A stretch of DNA of 64,000 nt, taken from Octopus sinensis (Eukaryota). How positions within the stretch are numbered: position 1 is the stretch's first letter; each line of letters begins with the position of its first letter. The notes under the pieces were generated by a model. That model saw only the letters and a program-made list of their open reading frames with translations, did not search any database and was not told the origin of the DNA. The stretch covers positions 96,658,001 through 96,722,000 of the forward strand of contig NC_043004.1 in the NCBI RefSeq assembly GCF_006345805.1, given 5' to 3'. Below are positions 12,100 to 25,630 of the stretch, piece after piece. Position numbers and translations under genes: made by a program.

Positions 12100-13672
12100 T
12101 TATTTAAGCAGAATGGATTAAAAAGAACCAAAGCCACCCCGCCATTAGAAGAGGAATATTCCATGGAAACATGCTCTCTCCACTCCTTTTCTGCTTGGCA
12201 GGGACACTTTTACCTGACACACTAAACATAACGGGATGTGGATACAACTGTTACAACAAAACAATTACCCACCTCTTATATATGGATGATCTAAAACCGT
12301 ACGTTACAAATGATAAACAGCTGAAACATTACTAAAGAGAGTATATGGATTTATCAAAGAAACAAACATGAAATTTGACTGAGAAAAATGTGCAAAAGCA
12401 ACTTTGAAAAGAGGAAAACAAGTTAGGAGTAGTAACATCACACTACATAAAGCAAATGAAATAAGAGAATTAGACCGAAGTCAGACATACAAATACTTAG
12501 GAGTCAATGAACTAGATATGATACAACACACAAATGAAAGAAAAAATAATTTAAAAAAATGAATACTATAGATGAGTTAGATTAATACTGAGAACATGCT
12601 CAATGCAAAAAACAAGATAATAGGTATCAACACTCTAGTCCATCCCAGTTATAAGTTACAGCTACAATATTCTTATTTGGACTCTAAATGAACTAATCAA
12701 AATTGACAGGAAAACAAGAAAAATAATGACAGGATTTAGGATGCACCACCCAAAATCTGACATAGAAAGGTTATATATATAATGCATCAAAGGTGGTAGA
12801 GGCCTTATACAGCTAGAAAACTATTACTAAAGGACCACAATAGGACTACAAGTGTATCTACTTCAGAAGAAAAAGAAATTAATACAAATAGTCACAAAAC
12901 ATGAACAAAACTAAAAACTGTTTTAAGTCTTTAAGGAAGCTGACAAATACAAAAAAAGAAGTCATAATACCTAACAACTATGAAAAAAAAAGAGAAACAA
13001 CAAAAGCTGTAAAACAACTGAAATCAACTAAAACTGGAACAGCAATGGATCATGGCTAAGAAGGAATATATTCACAGACATGATAAAGTTGGGATCTATA
13101 TACACTGGATGCTATACCAATACCATGAAATAACAACAGAAAAAAGATGGTATAAGGACACGCCAAAAAAGGTCACAGAAAATGAGAAAGCAACCATTCT
13201 ATGGGATATGCCAATACTCAGAGATAGAGAAATTAAGGGTAATAAGCTGGATGTAGTTGTCAGAGATCATTAAAAAAGATATGCTTTCTAATCAATGTAT
13301 CAATACCAACAGATGACAATGTTTCTCTAAAAGAAATGGAGAGGCTTTCAAAATACAAAGACCTGGAAATAGAGGTAACTTGAATGTGGAGTCTAAAAGC
13401 ATAAAAAATTCCTATCAAAGTAGGCACATTAGGTATGATAAAAAATATTCAGGCAGATACATGACAAAAACACAAGGACTAACAAGTATATATAACATAC
13501 AGAAAATAGCACTACTAGCCACCGCACATATCCTATGTAAAACACTTTCAATACAGTAACATTAAGAGCATCGCAACAAACCACAGCACATGCCTGAGGT
13601 ACACAGAGCTGTGCTTGGTAGTGCAGTGAAAGCACATGATGAAAATAAGACTACTGAATAATAGTAATAATT
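12100..13672 (+). mobile_element. Decayed 5'-truncated Dong/R4-clade RLE LINE (RT C-terminus plus endonuclease)
   Basis: Frameshifted translation gives IRRGIFHGNMLSPLLFCLA, ITHLLYMDDLK (12277-12297), EKCAKATLKRGK, RHDKVGIYIHW, ILWDMPILRDREIKGNKLDVVV and KYKDLEIEV; ends in TAA-rich sequence. Confidence 0.9.
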
Positions 13673-13674
13673 AG

Positions 13675-14003
13675 ATTGTTATGACCCTCATAAGTATGAA
13701 ATAGCCTGGCTATGGAAGATGAAGAAGGTGAAGATAGTGCTAATTATTGTTGGTTCCTTGGAACAGCATCAGAAGGCATCAAGAGGAATATAAAGGAAAT
13801 TGGAATAGAGTGCCCAGTAGAACTGTTGCAAAAGCTTTGCCTCCTTGGCGTGGCAGGAATAATCAGGTAAGTATTAGTTAGCTGAAAAGAGTGAATAGCA
13901 TAGCACCGTAGACAACAGATAGTAAGCCCACTATGCGTGCAAGACTCCAGGAGCTCCAAGAAAACCAATGATAAAGAGAAAATAATAATAATGATAATAA
14001 TAC
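13675..14003 (+). mobile_element. 3' fragment of a second Dong/R4-type LINE
   Basis: Translates to YDPHKYEIAWLWKMKKVKIVLIIVGSLGTASEGIKRNIKEIGIECPVELLQKLCLLGVAGIIR, a typical RLE C-terminus; ends aataataataatgataataat. Confidence 0.8.
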
Positions 14004-14019
14004 AAATAGTTTGAAATTT

Positions 14020-14522
14020 TACCACAAGGCCTCAAATATGGGGAAGAGGACTAGTCAATTACATTAACCCCAGTGTTTCACTGGTACTTAATTTATCGAC
14101 CCTGAAAGGATGAAAGGCAAATTTGACCTCGGTGGAATTTGAACTCAGAACATAGTGATGGGTGAAATACTGCTAAGTACTTCACTCAGCATGCTAACAA
14201 TTCTGCCAACCTACCACCTTAATAATGATAGTAATAATAATAATAATGATAACAATAGCAATGATGATGATGAGGAGGATGTGGATGTCAATGAAGATAA
14301 TAACCTTTCTACTATAGGCACAAGGCCTGGAATTTGTGGGGATGGGAGGATAGTCGATCCCATTGACCCCCAATACTTGACTGGTACATAATGTATTGAC
14401 CTTGAAAGAACGAAAGGCAAAGCCAGCCTCAGTAGAATTTGAACTCACAATATAAAGACGAACGAAATACTGCTAAGCATTTTGGCCAGCCTGCTAATGA
14501 TCCTGCCAGCTCACCACCTTGA
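14020..14522 (-). mobile_element. Two adjacent SINE family B copies (about 14020-14222 and 14320-14522)
   Basis: Each has ctggtact...atcgacc...gaaaggcaaa...gaatttgaactc. Confidence 0.85.
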
Positions 14523-14542
14523 GGATGAAGATAATAACACAT

Positions 14543-14573
<31 letters not shown>

Positions 14574-14616
14574 TAGATATATACATATATATACGTGACA
14601 TATATATCTATGTATA

Positions 14617-14654
<38 letters not shown>

Positions 14655-14827
14655 CATATACATACATACATATATATATATATATATTCGTTGCAACACG
14701 CAACGAAAATTTTAGAAAATAAAAATAAGAAATAAGTGGAAATTTTACCAGTGAATGTGTTGAATAATAAGGCACTAAAAGAGAATGACTCTCCCCAGAC
14801 ACAACAGTATATATATATTTTTATATT

Positions 14828-15216
14828 TTTTACTTGTTTCAGTCATTTGACTGCGGCCATGCTGGAGCACCGCCTTTAGTCAAGCAACTCGACCCCGGGA
14901 CTTATTCTTTGTAAGCCCAGTACTTATTCTATCGGTCTCATTCTGCCGAACGGCTAAGTAACGGGGACGTAAACACAGCAGCATCGGTTGTCAAGCAATA
15001 CTAGGGGAGCAAACACAGACACACAAACACACATACATATATATACATATATACGACAGGCTTCTTTCAGTTTCCGTCTACCAAATCCACTCAGAAGCCA
15101 TTGGTCAGCCCGGGGCTATAGCAGAAGACACTTGCCCATGATGCCACGCAGTGGGACTGAACCCGGAACCATGTGGTTGGTTAGCAAGCTACTTACCACA
15201 CAGCCACTCCTGCGCC

Positions 15217-15217
<1 letters not shown>
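14828..15217 (-). mobile_element. SINE family A
   Basis: Full-length reverse copy from tacttgtttcagtc to cagccactcctgcgcc. Confidence 0.9.
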
Positions 15218-15284
<67 letters not shown>

Positions 15285-15391
15285 GTCTCACATACACACA
15301 CACACACACATTAACCATCCACAAACTCATTACTTAGGTAGCTACTAGATATAGAGGTGTAATGATATTGATATCCTAGTTTTACATAAGG

Positions 15392-15433
15392 TTGCTGATG
15401 AAAGAACAAAGTCTCCTGAAATATGGCATACAA
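15392..15433 (+). ncRNA. Decayed hammerhead-like motif
   Basis: TTG CTGATGA aagaacaaagtctcct GAAA tatggca TA CAA: cores intact, stems II and III eroded. Confidence 0.3.
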
Positions 15434-15757
15434 GTCATCATCAACTCATGAGTGATCAACTTTATGGCAATTAGCATGCCAACTCCTGGTGGCAGCAATA
15501 ATAAATAGTCTCGTTGAAAGCTAATGGGTTTAATTTCTTAGAAATTAACCCGTCTACACATGATGTCAGCTAAGAAATGCTTCCCCTAGGTTTGGTTATT
15601 GATCCCCACTGTGTTGGATGACTATCCTGTTGCGGAGACATTGAGGCAACCTTGTATCTGTTTATAAGACGATTACTTGACTAATTTTTGACTAACACTA
15701 GTATAATAGGATAATACAGAATTTTGTGTGTGACTTTTATCTGAGAATGTACCTTAA

Positions 15758-15966
15758 CCCTTTCATTACTGTATTTATTTTGAGATGCTCTGTGTTTCTT
15801 TCAATTACTTTAAATATAACAAATTTAGTAAAATAACTTAGTTATCACTCAGCTAGTGTTAGGAACATAAGTTGTGACTGAGGTTTCATGGAAATATAAA
15901 TTCAAAACTTATGAAAACAAGACATTTGTATGATGGAGCTAGAGCCGGTTTCAGGAAATGAAAGGG
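15758..15966. mobile_element. piggyBac-type MITE
   Basis: TTAA-CCCTTTCATT ... AATGAAAGGG-TTAA. Confidence 0.8.
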
Positions 15967-16823
15967 TTAAGGATGTAAAAATATAAAAAAAAGCTATGTA
16001 GGCCTACAGGCAAACTTACTGCCGTATCAACATATAACCAGTCAGTAAAACCCAACTGTAGTAGCAACTTGACAATGCAGTATCTCGGATACAAAACATT
16101 CTAGCAAAATCAGTGCTGGCTAGAGATAACCATAACAAGATGTGCATTTGATGAAGATTCAAACAAAATGACACTCTGTATTCACTGTAAACAACACCAT
16201 GTGCATATTCATAGCTTCACACCTTATGATGCCGAAACTCTATAAATAATTGTACTCAATGATGTGTTGTCTACATCTACTTAACTGGTTTGCTGTATTG
16301 TTGAAATTATAATTACTAGTTCTGTACACACAAAAAAGAGAGAAAAAAAATTTATAAATTTGGCAATAAAATATTGGCAGTTTTTTTTTTATAATTATTG
16401 GTGATACTGGATATTAGCATACCAAATTATTTATGAATTACTTTCATCATTGAATACTTTTGTTCTTTGAATGCTTTCCTTATTGAATACACAAAGTTCT
16501 TTTAATGCAAACATATACACTGTTGTATCAGTTGTTTATGTCCGTGTTAAAGCAATGAATACATTTGAAATTAAATTTTAAAATAATCTATATAGATAAC
16601 AGCGAATCAATGGATATAAAAACAATGTAGTTTTAAATTGTAAAAAGAAATAAAGATTATATTTTTATTTCAAGAACACCAAATCGATAATATAAATAAA
16701 CAATTACAGAACATTGTTCACGTGTAGCAATAAAAATGTTTTCAATCTCTTGACCATCACCATGCTCTTCTTATTAGGTGTCATTATCTCATCAGCACTA
16801 ATTAAAAAAAAAAATAATTATCA

Positions 16824-17238
16824 GGCGCAGGAGTGGCTGTGTGGTAAGTAGCTTGCTTACTAACCACACAGTTCCGGGTTCAGTCCCACTGCGTGGCACC
16901 TTGGGCAAGTGTCTTCTGCTATACCCCCGGGCTGACCAAAGCCTTGTGAGTGGATTTGGTAGATGGAAACTGAAAGAAGCCCGTCGTATATATATATATG
17001 TATATATATGTATGTGTGTGCATTTGTGTGTCTGTGTTTGTCTCCCCAACATCGCTTGACAACCGATGCTGGTGTGTTTACGTCCCCGTCACTTAGCGGT
17101 TCGGCAAAAGAGCCCGATAGGATAAGTACTAGGCTTACAAAAGAATAAGTCCTGGGGGCGATTTGCTCGACTGAAAGGCGGTGCTCCAGCATGGCCACAG
17201 TCAGATGACTGAAACAAGTAAAAGAGAAAAAGAGAAAG
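16824..17238 (+). mobile_element. SINE family A
   Basis: Full-length head to tail. Confidence 0.9.
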
Positions 17239-17691
17239 ATAAGTCTTCTGATGCATCGTTCATTAGTTTTGCACATAATTGGCACAAAATCAAAAGGTTT
17301 CAATGCACTCTGTGTGAACATGATGCTTAACAGAACTGACAAAGTTCTCGCTGTTGTTTGTAATATAAAGGTCACACATATGTAACAATAACACTATATG
17401 TTTATATTAAAAGAAAGAAATCATCCAAACACATGAGTATTTAAAGAACACAAATATTTAACAATAAATTTCATTATTTATTCAATACCCTAATTTATAT
17501 AACTCCACTTTTAGCTAAAATCAATTTCAATAATAATGAATCATTACAAAACATAAATATCAATACTTCTACAAATTATAATAGTTTTTAATGAATTTGA
17601 ATTATTTTACATACTATTGTTGTTGTTGTTGTTGTTGTTGGGTGACCAGGCTGAAAGGATTAAGGGAAGACACCTTCCTCTTCAGTCAAGT

Positions 17692-17996
17692 TTGTTTGTA
17701 CCTTCTCAAGCCATGCCTGGCTCATAAGGGCTGGTTTCCTGGTTTCCTTGGTGTATAGGTTCCCCACCTGGATGGGACGCCAGTCCATCACAGGTGAGCT
17801 GCAAGACACAGAAGGAAAGAGTGAGACAAAGTTGTGGCGAAAAGAGTCAGCAGAAGCTCGCCATTGCCTTCTGCTGGAGCCACATGGAGCTTAGGTGCTT
17901 CACTCATAAACACACACATCACCCAGTCTGAGATTCGAACCCGTGATCCCTCGACCACGAGTTCACTGCTCTAACCACTAGGCCATGTGCCTCCAC
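17692..17996 (-). mobile_element. SINE family C with V-domain-like module
   Basis: Family C head and body plus cctggatgggacgccagtccatcacagg, resembling the V-SINE domain in reverse. Confidence 0.8.
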
Positions 17997-18102
17997 CTTC
18001 AGTCAAGTGATAGCAAAGAGGTAAGTGCATCCCCAGGGAATTTGTGGAAACATGGGTGTCTGTCGTAACAATGGTTAGAGTGAAAAGCCTTTCACTAAGT
18101 AT

Positions 18103-18400
18103 CATCATCATCATCATCGTTTAGCATCTGCTTTCCATGCTAGCATGGGTTGGACAGTTCAACTGGGGTCTGGGAAGCCAGAAGGCTGCACCAGGCCCAG
18201 TTTGATCTGGCAATGTTTCTATGGCTGGATGCCCTTCCCTACGCCAACCACTCCATGAGTGTAGTGGGTGCTTTTTACGTGCCACGGGCACAGGTGCCAG
18301 ACGAGTCTGGCAAACGGCCACGATCGGATGGTGCTTTTTATGTGCCACCGGCACAGGGGCCAGGCGAGGCTGGCAATGGCCACGAATGGATGGTGCTTTT
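18103..18400 (-). mobile_element. SINE family D
   Basis: Reverse tail plus internal ggtgctttt...gtgcc repeats. Confidence 0.85.
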
Positions 18401-18959
18401 TAGAGGGCTCATACCATTTGTGGTCAGAGTAATCCTGAATCTGTAGGGTTCCTTGATTGACCCTACATGGAGTTTATAACATACGTTGTATGCTGTGTAT
18501 CTTCTTATCACATTCCACTGTTTTTCACATTACTTTCTTCCATCCTTTATGTAAACCCCCCTCACATAGCATTGTTTCTCCTTGTGATTTTATATTTTTT
18601 CATGGCCAGGTTCCAACCCAGGCTGCAGCAACAAAGTCCACCCACCACACTTCTCAGTCCAACCTCACTGCCTCAAGGTTCTGAATATATTCCAGGTTAG
18701 TGTCTGTGACCAAGTGGATTCCACAAGACTTATTTGGATGCTTCCAGCTCAAGGTGGTGCAAACAGTAATCAGATATTTGCAGCTGTCTTTGTCCACACT
18801 TCTTGCTAACTTTTGGCAAATCTCTATAAAGGCTTCTGGTTGCCATATGTTGCTGTCATTTCACATTTAGGGTCATCCGTAGCATCCTTGTGTTGCAGCC
18901 ATCTAGCCCTTGTGATGTCCCTCTCATCTATGCCCCTGCTACTAATAAAGAAATTATTA

Positions 18960-18976
18960 CTATTACTATTATCATT

Positions 18977-19036
<60 letters not shown>

Positions 19037-19215
19037 CATCATCATCATCATCATCATCGTCATCATCGTCGTCGTCGTCATCATCATCATCATCATCACC
19101 ATCATCACCATCATTATTATTATTACTATTATTATCATCATTATCATCATCATTATTATTATTATTATTATTATTATATTATTATATTATTATTATTATT
19201 ATTATTATTACGGTA
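18960..19215. repeat. (AAT)n/(CAT)n/(TAT)n microsatellite
   Basis: Direct reading. Confidence 0.95.
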
Positions 19216-19810
19216 ATAATTTTCGAATAACTTCTTAGATTTCTTATAAATTGACAAAGGCTCTGTGCTGGTAATATCAGCCAATATATAAAACTCAGAA
19301 AACTAGGCTTATTTATTTGCCATGGGAAGTGTAGAATATAACAGTTTTTCATATTCATTTTGTGGGGAAATGAGAAAATGAGAGTTTAAAAAATTGAAGA
19401 TTTTATAAATATATATATTTTACACAAAATAAAGGACTCCTTGAAAGCAAGATGGCTATGAAGACTGCTTAGAAAACTGGAGAGTCACCCTTCATTCAAG
19501 AATTCCTTTATTTTCTGTAGGATACTGACTCATACAGTGTTTCTAAGTTTGTCTGCAGAATGTCCTCACATTCCAAAAAGCTATTATTTAGCATCATAAA
19601 TCGATGGTATTTGTTGTCAGGGGCCCTTTTAGCTTAATGATACAGAGCCCTCAGCCAGGATTTGAAAGGTGCAGAGTTCAATTTCCTGTGGAGAGTTGCT
19701 GGCCATCTTAAATGTTCCATCTTATAAGGGTATTTATTTGGGTTTTTTCTAAGCTATTTCCACAACCATCCTGTTTGAGAATCTCTTTATTTTTGTAGAA
19801 TACCAACTAA

Positions 19811-19980
19811 GGCGCAGAGTGGCTGTGTGGTAAGTAGCTTGCTAACCAACCACATGGTTCTGGGTTCAGTCCCACTGTGTGGCATCTTGGGCAAGTGTCT
19901 TCTGCTATAGCCCCGGGCCGACCAATGCCTTGTGAGTGGATTTGATAGACGGAAACTGAAGGAAGCCTGTCGTATATATG

Positions 19981-20015
<35 letters not shown>

Positions 20016-20192
20016 TTGTGTGTCTGTGTTTGTCCCCCTAGCATTGCTTGACAACCAATGCTGGTGTGTTTACGTGTCCCCGATAGAATAAGTACTGGGC
20101 TTACAAAGAATAAGTCCCGGGGTCGATTTGCTTGAATAAAGGCGGTGCTCCAGCATGGCCGCAGTCAAATGACTGAAACAAGTAAAAGAGTA
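19811..20192 (+). mobile_element. SINE family A
   Basis: Head to tail with a small internal deletion. Confidence 0.9.
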
Positions 20193-20490
20193 ACTAGGTG
20201 CTTCTAAGTTGGTTTAGAAATATACATACACTGAACTCATGTATAACTATCACAAAATATATCTCCTGAATTTAAGAACTCAGTTAATAACACTTTGTAT
20301 ATTCCAATACATTCTTCGAATGCAGTAAATCCTGTTGCATTAAACTTGCATTTGTGTATAGAATTGGTTAAAATGAAAGACGAACAACATATTTAGAACA
20401 AAAAGCATAAAAGCATAAATTTCATGTATAATTCATGAATCAACTCTGCTCAGAAGCAATTGTAATAGAGTAAGAACATTATCATTTATG

Positions 20491-20656
20491 TATTTAACAT
20501 ACATAATTAATTTAAAAGTGATAGGTTATCCATTTCTTTGAGAAAAAAATATTACATGAGTGATGGTTTTACTTTATTGAAACAGCTGTTAAGCACAAAT
20601 CAAATTTTGTGTCAGATGTAATTTATGTTTCTTTGTTTTTTATTATAAACACGCAT

Positions 20657-20704
<48 letters not shown>

Positions 20705-21339
20705 GCACACACATAAGTACACGCATGCATAGAAATGTCTGAAGAATATCCATCTGTCGAATCCCAAATACATAGAATTATTTGACCTGCGACTATTATC
20801 TTTTATCTTTCCTCTTTCACTGGTTTCAGTCATTAGAATGTGGCCAGGCTGGAGCATTAGCTTAAGGAGTTTTAGTCAAACGAATTGAAACTAGGTTTTT
20901 TTTTTATTAAGCCCAGTATTTATTTTATTTGTCTCCCTTGCTGAACGGAGTTATGTGGACATAAACACACAACAACACTGATCGTCAAGTGTTGATGGGG
21001 AACAAACACAGGCACAAAGATACACAAATGCACATACACACACATATATGTCCCATATATGTGTATATATAATATTATATATTATTATTATACATGAAAT
21101 TTATGCTTTTATTGACATTTCTCTGCATGTGTGTGCTTGTGTGTGTGTGTGGTGTGTGTGTGTGTGTGTGTGCATGCGTGTTTATAATAAAAAAAAAAGA
21201 AACATAAATTACATCTGACACAAAATTTGATTTGTGCTTAACAGCTGTTTCAATAAAGTAAAACCATCACTCATATAATATTTTTTTCTCAAAGAAATGG
21301 ATAACCTATCACTTTTAAATTAATTATGTATGTTAAATA
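20491..21339. repeat. Local inverted duplication (20491-20739 versus 21114-21339) with an extra 25-bp inverted patch
   Basis: Near-identical reverse-complement arms. 21087-21111 is the reverse complement of 20408-20432. An old family A SINE (about 20810-21050) sits in the spacer. Confidence 0.9.
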
Positions 21340-21579
21340 TGTATATATATATATATATATTTTTGGATTTTTCCTTGTGTAGCCTGTCCTGTACTTGTCG
21401 TTAAATTTTTGTTTTTCCCGTTTCTACGTCTTGGTGTGGCGTCCTGTACTTATGTATATTTATTTCTTTATGCATGTATACATACATGTAGATGTAGGTA
21501 CGTACATATATGTTCGTATGTATGCATATATTTTTAATTATCACACATATATATATATATAATATGTATATATATATAT

Positions 21580-21815
21580 GTATGTGTGTGTATATGTTTG
21601 TGTGTCTGTGTTTGTCCCCCCCAACATCACTTGACAACCAATGCTGGTGTGTTTACATCCCTGTAACTTAGAGGTTTGGCAAAAGAGACCGATAGAATAA
21701 GTACTAGGCTTTCAAAGAATAAGTCTTGGGGTCGATTTGTTTGACTAAAGGTGGGGCTCCAGCATGGCTGCAGTCAAATGACTGAGACAAGTAAAAGAGT
21801 AAAGAGTAAAGAGAG
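21580..21815 (+). mobile_element. SINE family A, 3' half
   Basis: gtgtctgtgtttgtcccc...gagtaaagagtaaagag. Confidence 0.85.
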
Positions 21816-22485
21816 TAACTTCTCCAAGACTAGTGGAATACAAGGAGGGATTAACACCAGAGTGGAAACCTTCTATAAATGCTTCCAAAAGAATGGACGT
21901 AACTTAATATCACCTAAAAGAGTGAGGTAGTGATGTCAAAATAGATGCTATGATGTGTTTATCAACCAATCATAGTGATGTCACTGATGAAACAAAGAAT
22001 GAAAGACACATTACAATGAAAATTCAAGTCAGACTGCAAGACAGTTAATACACATATTCTATTTGATGATATAAATATTTATCAAAATTTAAATGTAAAT
22101 AAACACAAAGCTGTATATCTTCTGTACACGAGATATTTCTACTGCATCTACACAGAGTAGACACATGATTGTTCGGATGTGTGTGTGTGTATGTGTGTGT
22201 GTGCATACATATATATATATATATATATATATAACATATGCTTATAATTACTGGAACCTGCACAGCTAATAAACACATTTACAGACACTAATATGAGCAC
22301 CTCTCAGTAGACTGTTTGCATGAAAGCTTGTACTAATTACCCAAATATGAATGGCTGTTTACAAACACATAATTATATACACCTAGTCACGACAATAGAC
22401 TCACATGCATGCATATAAATGTATATATATCTGTACATGTGTGTCTGTGTATGCATGCACATGTTATACATACATACACACACAC

Positions 22486-22530
<45 letters not shown>

Positions 22531-22628
22531 TATATGTATGCACGTATACATATCTTTGTCTGTCTATCAATCTCGCTTTATCTCTCTCTGTCTCTGTCTT
22601 TCTGTCTGTCTGTCTGTCTGTCTCTCTT

Positions 22629-22662
<34 letters not shown>

Positions 22663-23139
22663 CACACACACACACATTTATATGTATGCATATATATATT
22701 ATATATATATATATATTAGCTCACATAGACACAGGGACATCAAAGATACATGCACTCATATGCAGTGAAAAATATTCAGACATGAATGCATGCACACACA
22801 TGCAACATAGGAAATTTTATTTGTGCGCCACATGCACATACGGTCTTACAACACTCTCTTCTAATTAGAGGCACATGCACAAACTTACAAAGTCGCCACA
22901 CCTATCTACAAATAACTTCTAACATTTACCCGTAATACACAAGTATGTACGCAAATATACATGTATAAATATATGTATTTCTAAAAACGAAAAAAAAACG
23001 ATCATTTGTGCATACACATATGCATGAAGGAACAAGTTCTGATAGATGAAACGCTATGTAAACAAAAGGAGTGTATACACGAACACATGCCAACATACAT
23101 AACAACAAATAATAGCATCAACACGAATAACAATTACAA

Positions 23140-23369
23140 TAATAGCAATAACAACAACAACAATAATAATAATAATAATAATAATGATAATAGTAGTAGT
23201 AGTAATAGTAATAATAATAACAATAATAATAATAGTAGTAGTAGTAGTAATAATAATAACAATAATAATAATAGTAGTAGTAGTAGTAATAATAATAACA
23301 ATAATAATAATAGTAGTAGTAATAATAATAACAATAATAATAATAGTAGTAGTAATAATAATAACAATG

Positions 23370-23410
<41 letters not shown>
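23140..23410. repeat. (AAT)n/(AGT)n/(AAC)n microsatellite
   Basis: Direct reading. Confidence 0.95.
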
Positions 23411-23411
<1 letters not shown>

Positions 23412-23674
23412 GCATCATAGTGATGATGATATTTACAAAAATAACTAAACAGAACAAAAAAATAATGACATAATTTCACAATATATGCTATTGATGTTCA
23501 AAGAATTGATTTTCGATAATTTCATGTAAATTAGAAATGTCTTTAAAATTATTTGTGTAGATTAAAAATTCAATTAATTAAAATACAAAGATATTTTATG
23601 ATTTTTCCCTTTGGTCAGCTTTTGTTTTGTGAAGTTTCATTTTTAATTAGTTATTTATTTATTTTATTTTGTAG

Positions 23675-23789
23675 AAAGATTTCATGACAAAAGTCACTTC
23701 AAAGCAAATTATCAGCTATTTTTGAATAGTTGGTTATATTATAGAAGAAGAAAGTGGAGAGAGAACAAACCTATCATTGATGTATGGTG
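23675..23789 (+). CDS. Candidate internal coding exon, possibly SLC12 (NKCC-like) C-terminal domain
   Basis: Strong acceptor (attttattttgtag) and donor (GTG|gtaagt). Only one of three frames is open: RFHDKSHFKANYQLFLNSWLYYRRRKWRENKPIIDVW+TG. IDVW(W) recalls the SLC12 TIDVWW motif, but no following DDGG exon was found. Confidence 0.4.
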
Positions 23790-23967
23790 GTAAGTCAAAA
23801 TGTTTGCATCTTATGAATTTGTAAATTTAGCATTTTATTCAAATGATAAATTATCATTGTTATTATTATTAGCTCTGTGATCTATTTGAAGACTGGGTGT
23901 TTGGATTAATGTGCACTACACACTTAATTGATGACCCTGATCAATCTACAACAGTATATTACAATAT

Positions 23968-24370
23968 TCCTTTATTCTTTTATTTGTTTCAGTCATTTGA
24001 CTGTGGCCATGCTGGAGCACTGCCTTTAGTCGAGCAAATCGCCCCCAGGACTTATTCTTTGTAAGCCTAGTACTTATTCTATCGGTCTCTCTTGCCGAAC
24101 CACTAAGTGACAGGGTCGTAAACACACCAGCATCGGTTGTCAAGTGATGTTGGGTGCACAAACACAGACAAACAAACATATATATACACATATATATATT
24201 TATATAAGACGGGCTTCTTTCAGTTTCTATCTACCAAATCCACTCACAAAGCTTTGGTCGGCCCGAGGCAATAGTAAAAGGCACTTGCCCAAGATGCCAC
24301 GCAGTGGGACTGAAACCGGAACCATGTGGTTGGCAAGCAAGCTACTTACCACACAGCCACTCCTGCACCT
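23968..24370 (-). mobile_element. SINE family A
   Basis: Full-length reverse copy. Confidence 0.9.
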
Positions 24371-24841
24371 ATGTGTATATATTTGATGAACTTCTGTAAA
24401 ATATCCATCAAGTAAATTCCATAAATTTCACTCAAGAGCAATCGGTCAGTCTAGGGAGTTATAATAGAAAGTACTTGCATAAGGTGCCATGCAGTAAAAG
24501 GGAACCTCTGGCTCTGTTCCACTTTGTGATTACTGTTTGGTCTGTAATAACACAACCAAGTTGCTGGCATTTAGAAATTATGCAACCTCCTTCCCCACCC
24601 AACACCTTATTCATTTCAAACAAACAGAAAGATCACACATAACACATAAATAACAGTTACATCAATAAGCACATAAACACATTAGCACCCCCCACCACCC
24701 ACCACCACCACCACCACTACCCACTCCCCATCCCACCCAACACCACACCAGCGAGTAATGCACCAGAAGATAAGTGCAGGAGAATAACCGTTATGCTTCA
24801 AAGAAGTCAACCCTGTCTGCACTCACTGTGGCCAGAAGCAG

Positions 24842-24861
24842 TATCATCATCATCATCGTCG

Positions 24862-24922
<61 letters not shown>

Positions 24923-25015
24923 TATCATCATCGTCATTATCATCATCATCATCAGCAGCATCATCATCATCATCCTCCTCATCATCATCATTGTCGTTGT
25001 TGTCTTCGTCATCAC

Positions 25016-25047
<32 letters not shown>

Positions 25048-25165
25048 CCACCATCATCATCATCTTCATCATCCTCCTCATCATCATCATTGTCATTGTC
25101 GTCTTCATCATCACCATCATCATCATCATCATCATCATCATCGTCGTTGTCGTCTTCGTCATCAC

Positions 25166-25202
<37 letters not shown>

Positions 25203-25290
25203 GTCGTCGTTGTCATCATCATCACCATCACCACCACCACTGCCACTACAACTGCTACCACAACCTCCACCACCACCACCACCATCATTT
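24842..25290. repeat. (CAT)n/(CGT)n/(CAC)n microsatellite
   Basis: Direct reading; source of poly-D/S/I/M ORFs. Confidence 0.95.
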
Positions 25291-25630
25291 AACGTCTTTG
25301 TTCCTCTTGCTGGTGTGGTTTGGATGGCATGAGAGGTTGCAACTAGTTCTAGGTCAAGTATGGTTAGAAATGTATGGACAGACTCAGACTCAACAGAGCA
25401 GAAAAAGCAGTGCATCTGGATTGTCACACACCATTCATCATTGAATATAAAGTACAACACATCAGGACGCACAGAACAGCAATGGTGATTAACTCTGTGG
25501 AAGTAAGGAGTATCAAGAGCAGTAATTTTCAGCCTCTTGTTGCTAAGCACTTTCTTTCTCTCTTTGACCAAAGGACATTTCACAGATGTTTGCTAGCCAT
25601 GTTTTGGCAGGAAAAAAAATTGTAGATTAT

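Noticed and set aside
16735-16797. Minus-strand CTGATGA...GAAA hammerhead candidate
   Set aside because: Stem III does not pair and stem II is 3 bp around a ~40-nt loop; consistent with chance.
21980-22020. CTGATGA...GAAA motif
   Set aside because: No complementary stem I or stem III downstream.
24774-25583. Poly-D/S/I/M ORFs
   Set aside because: Translations of a (CAT)n microsatellite in multiple frames.
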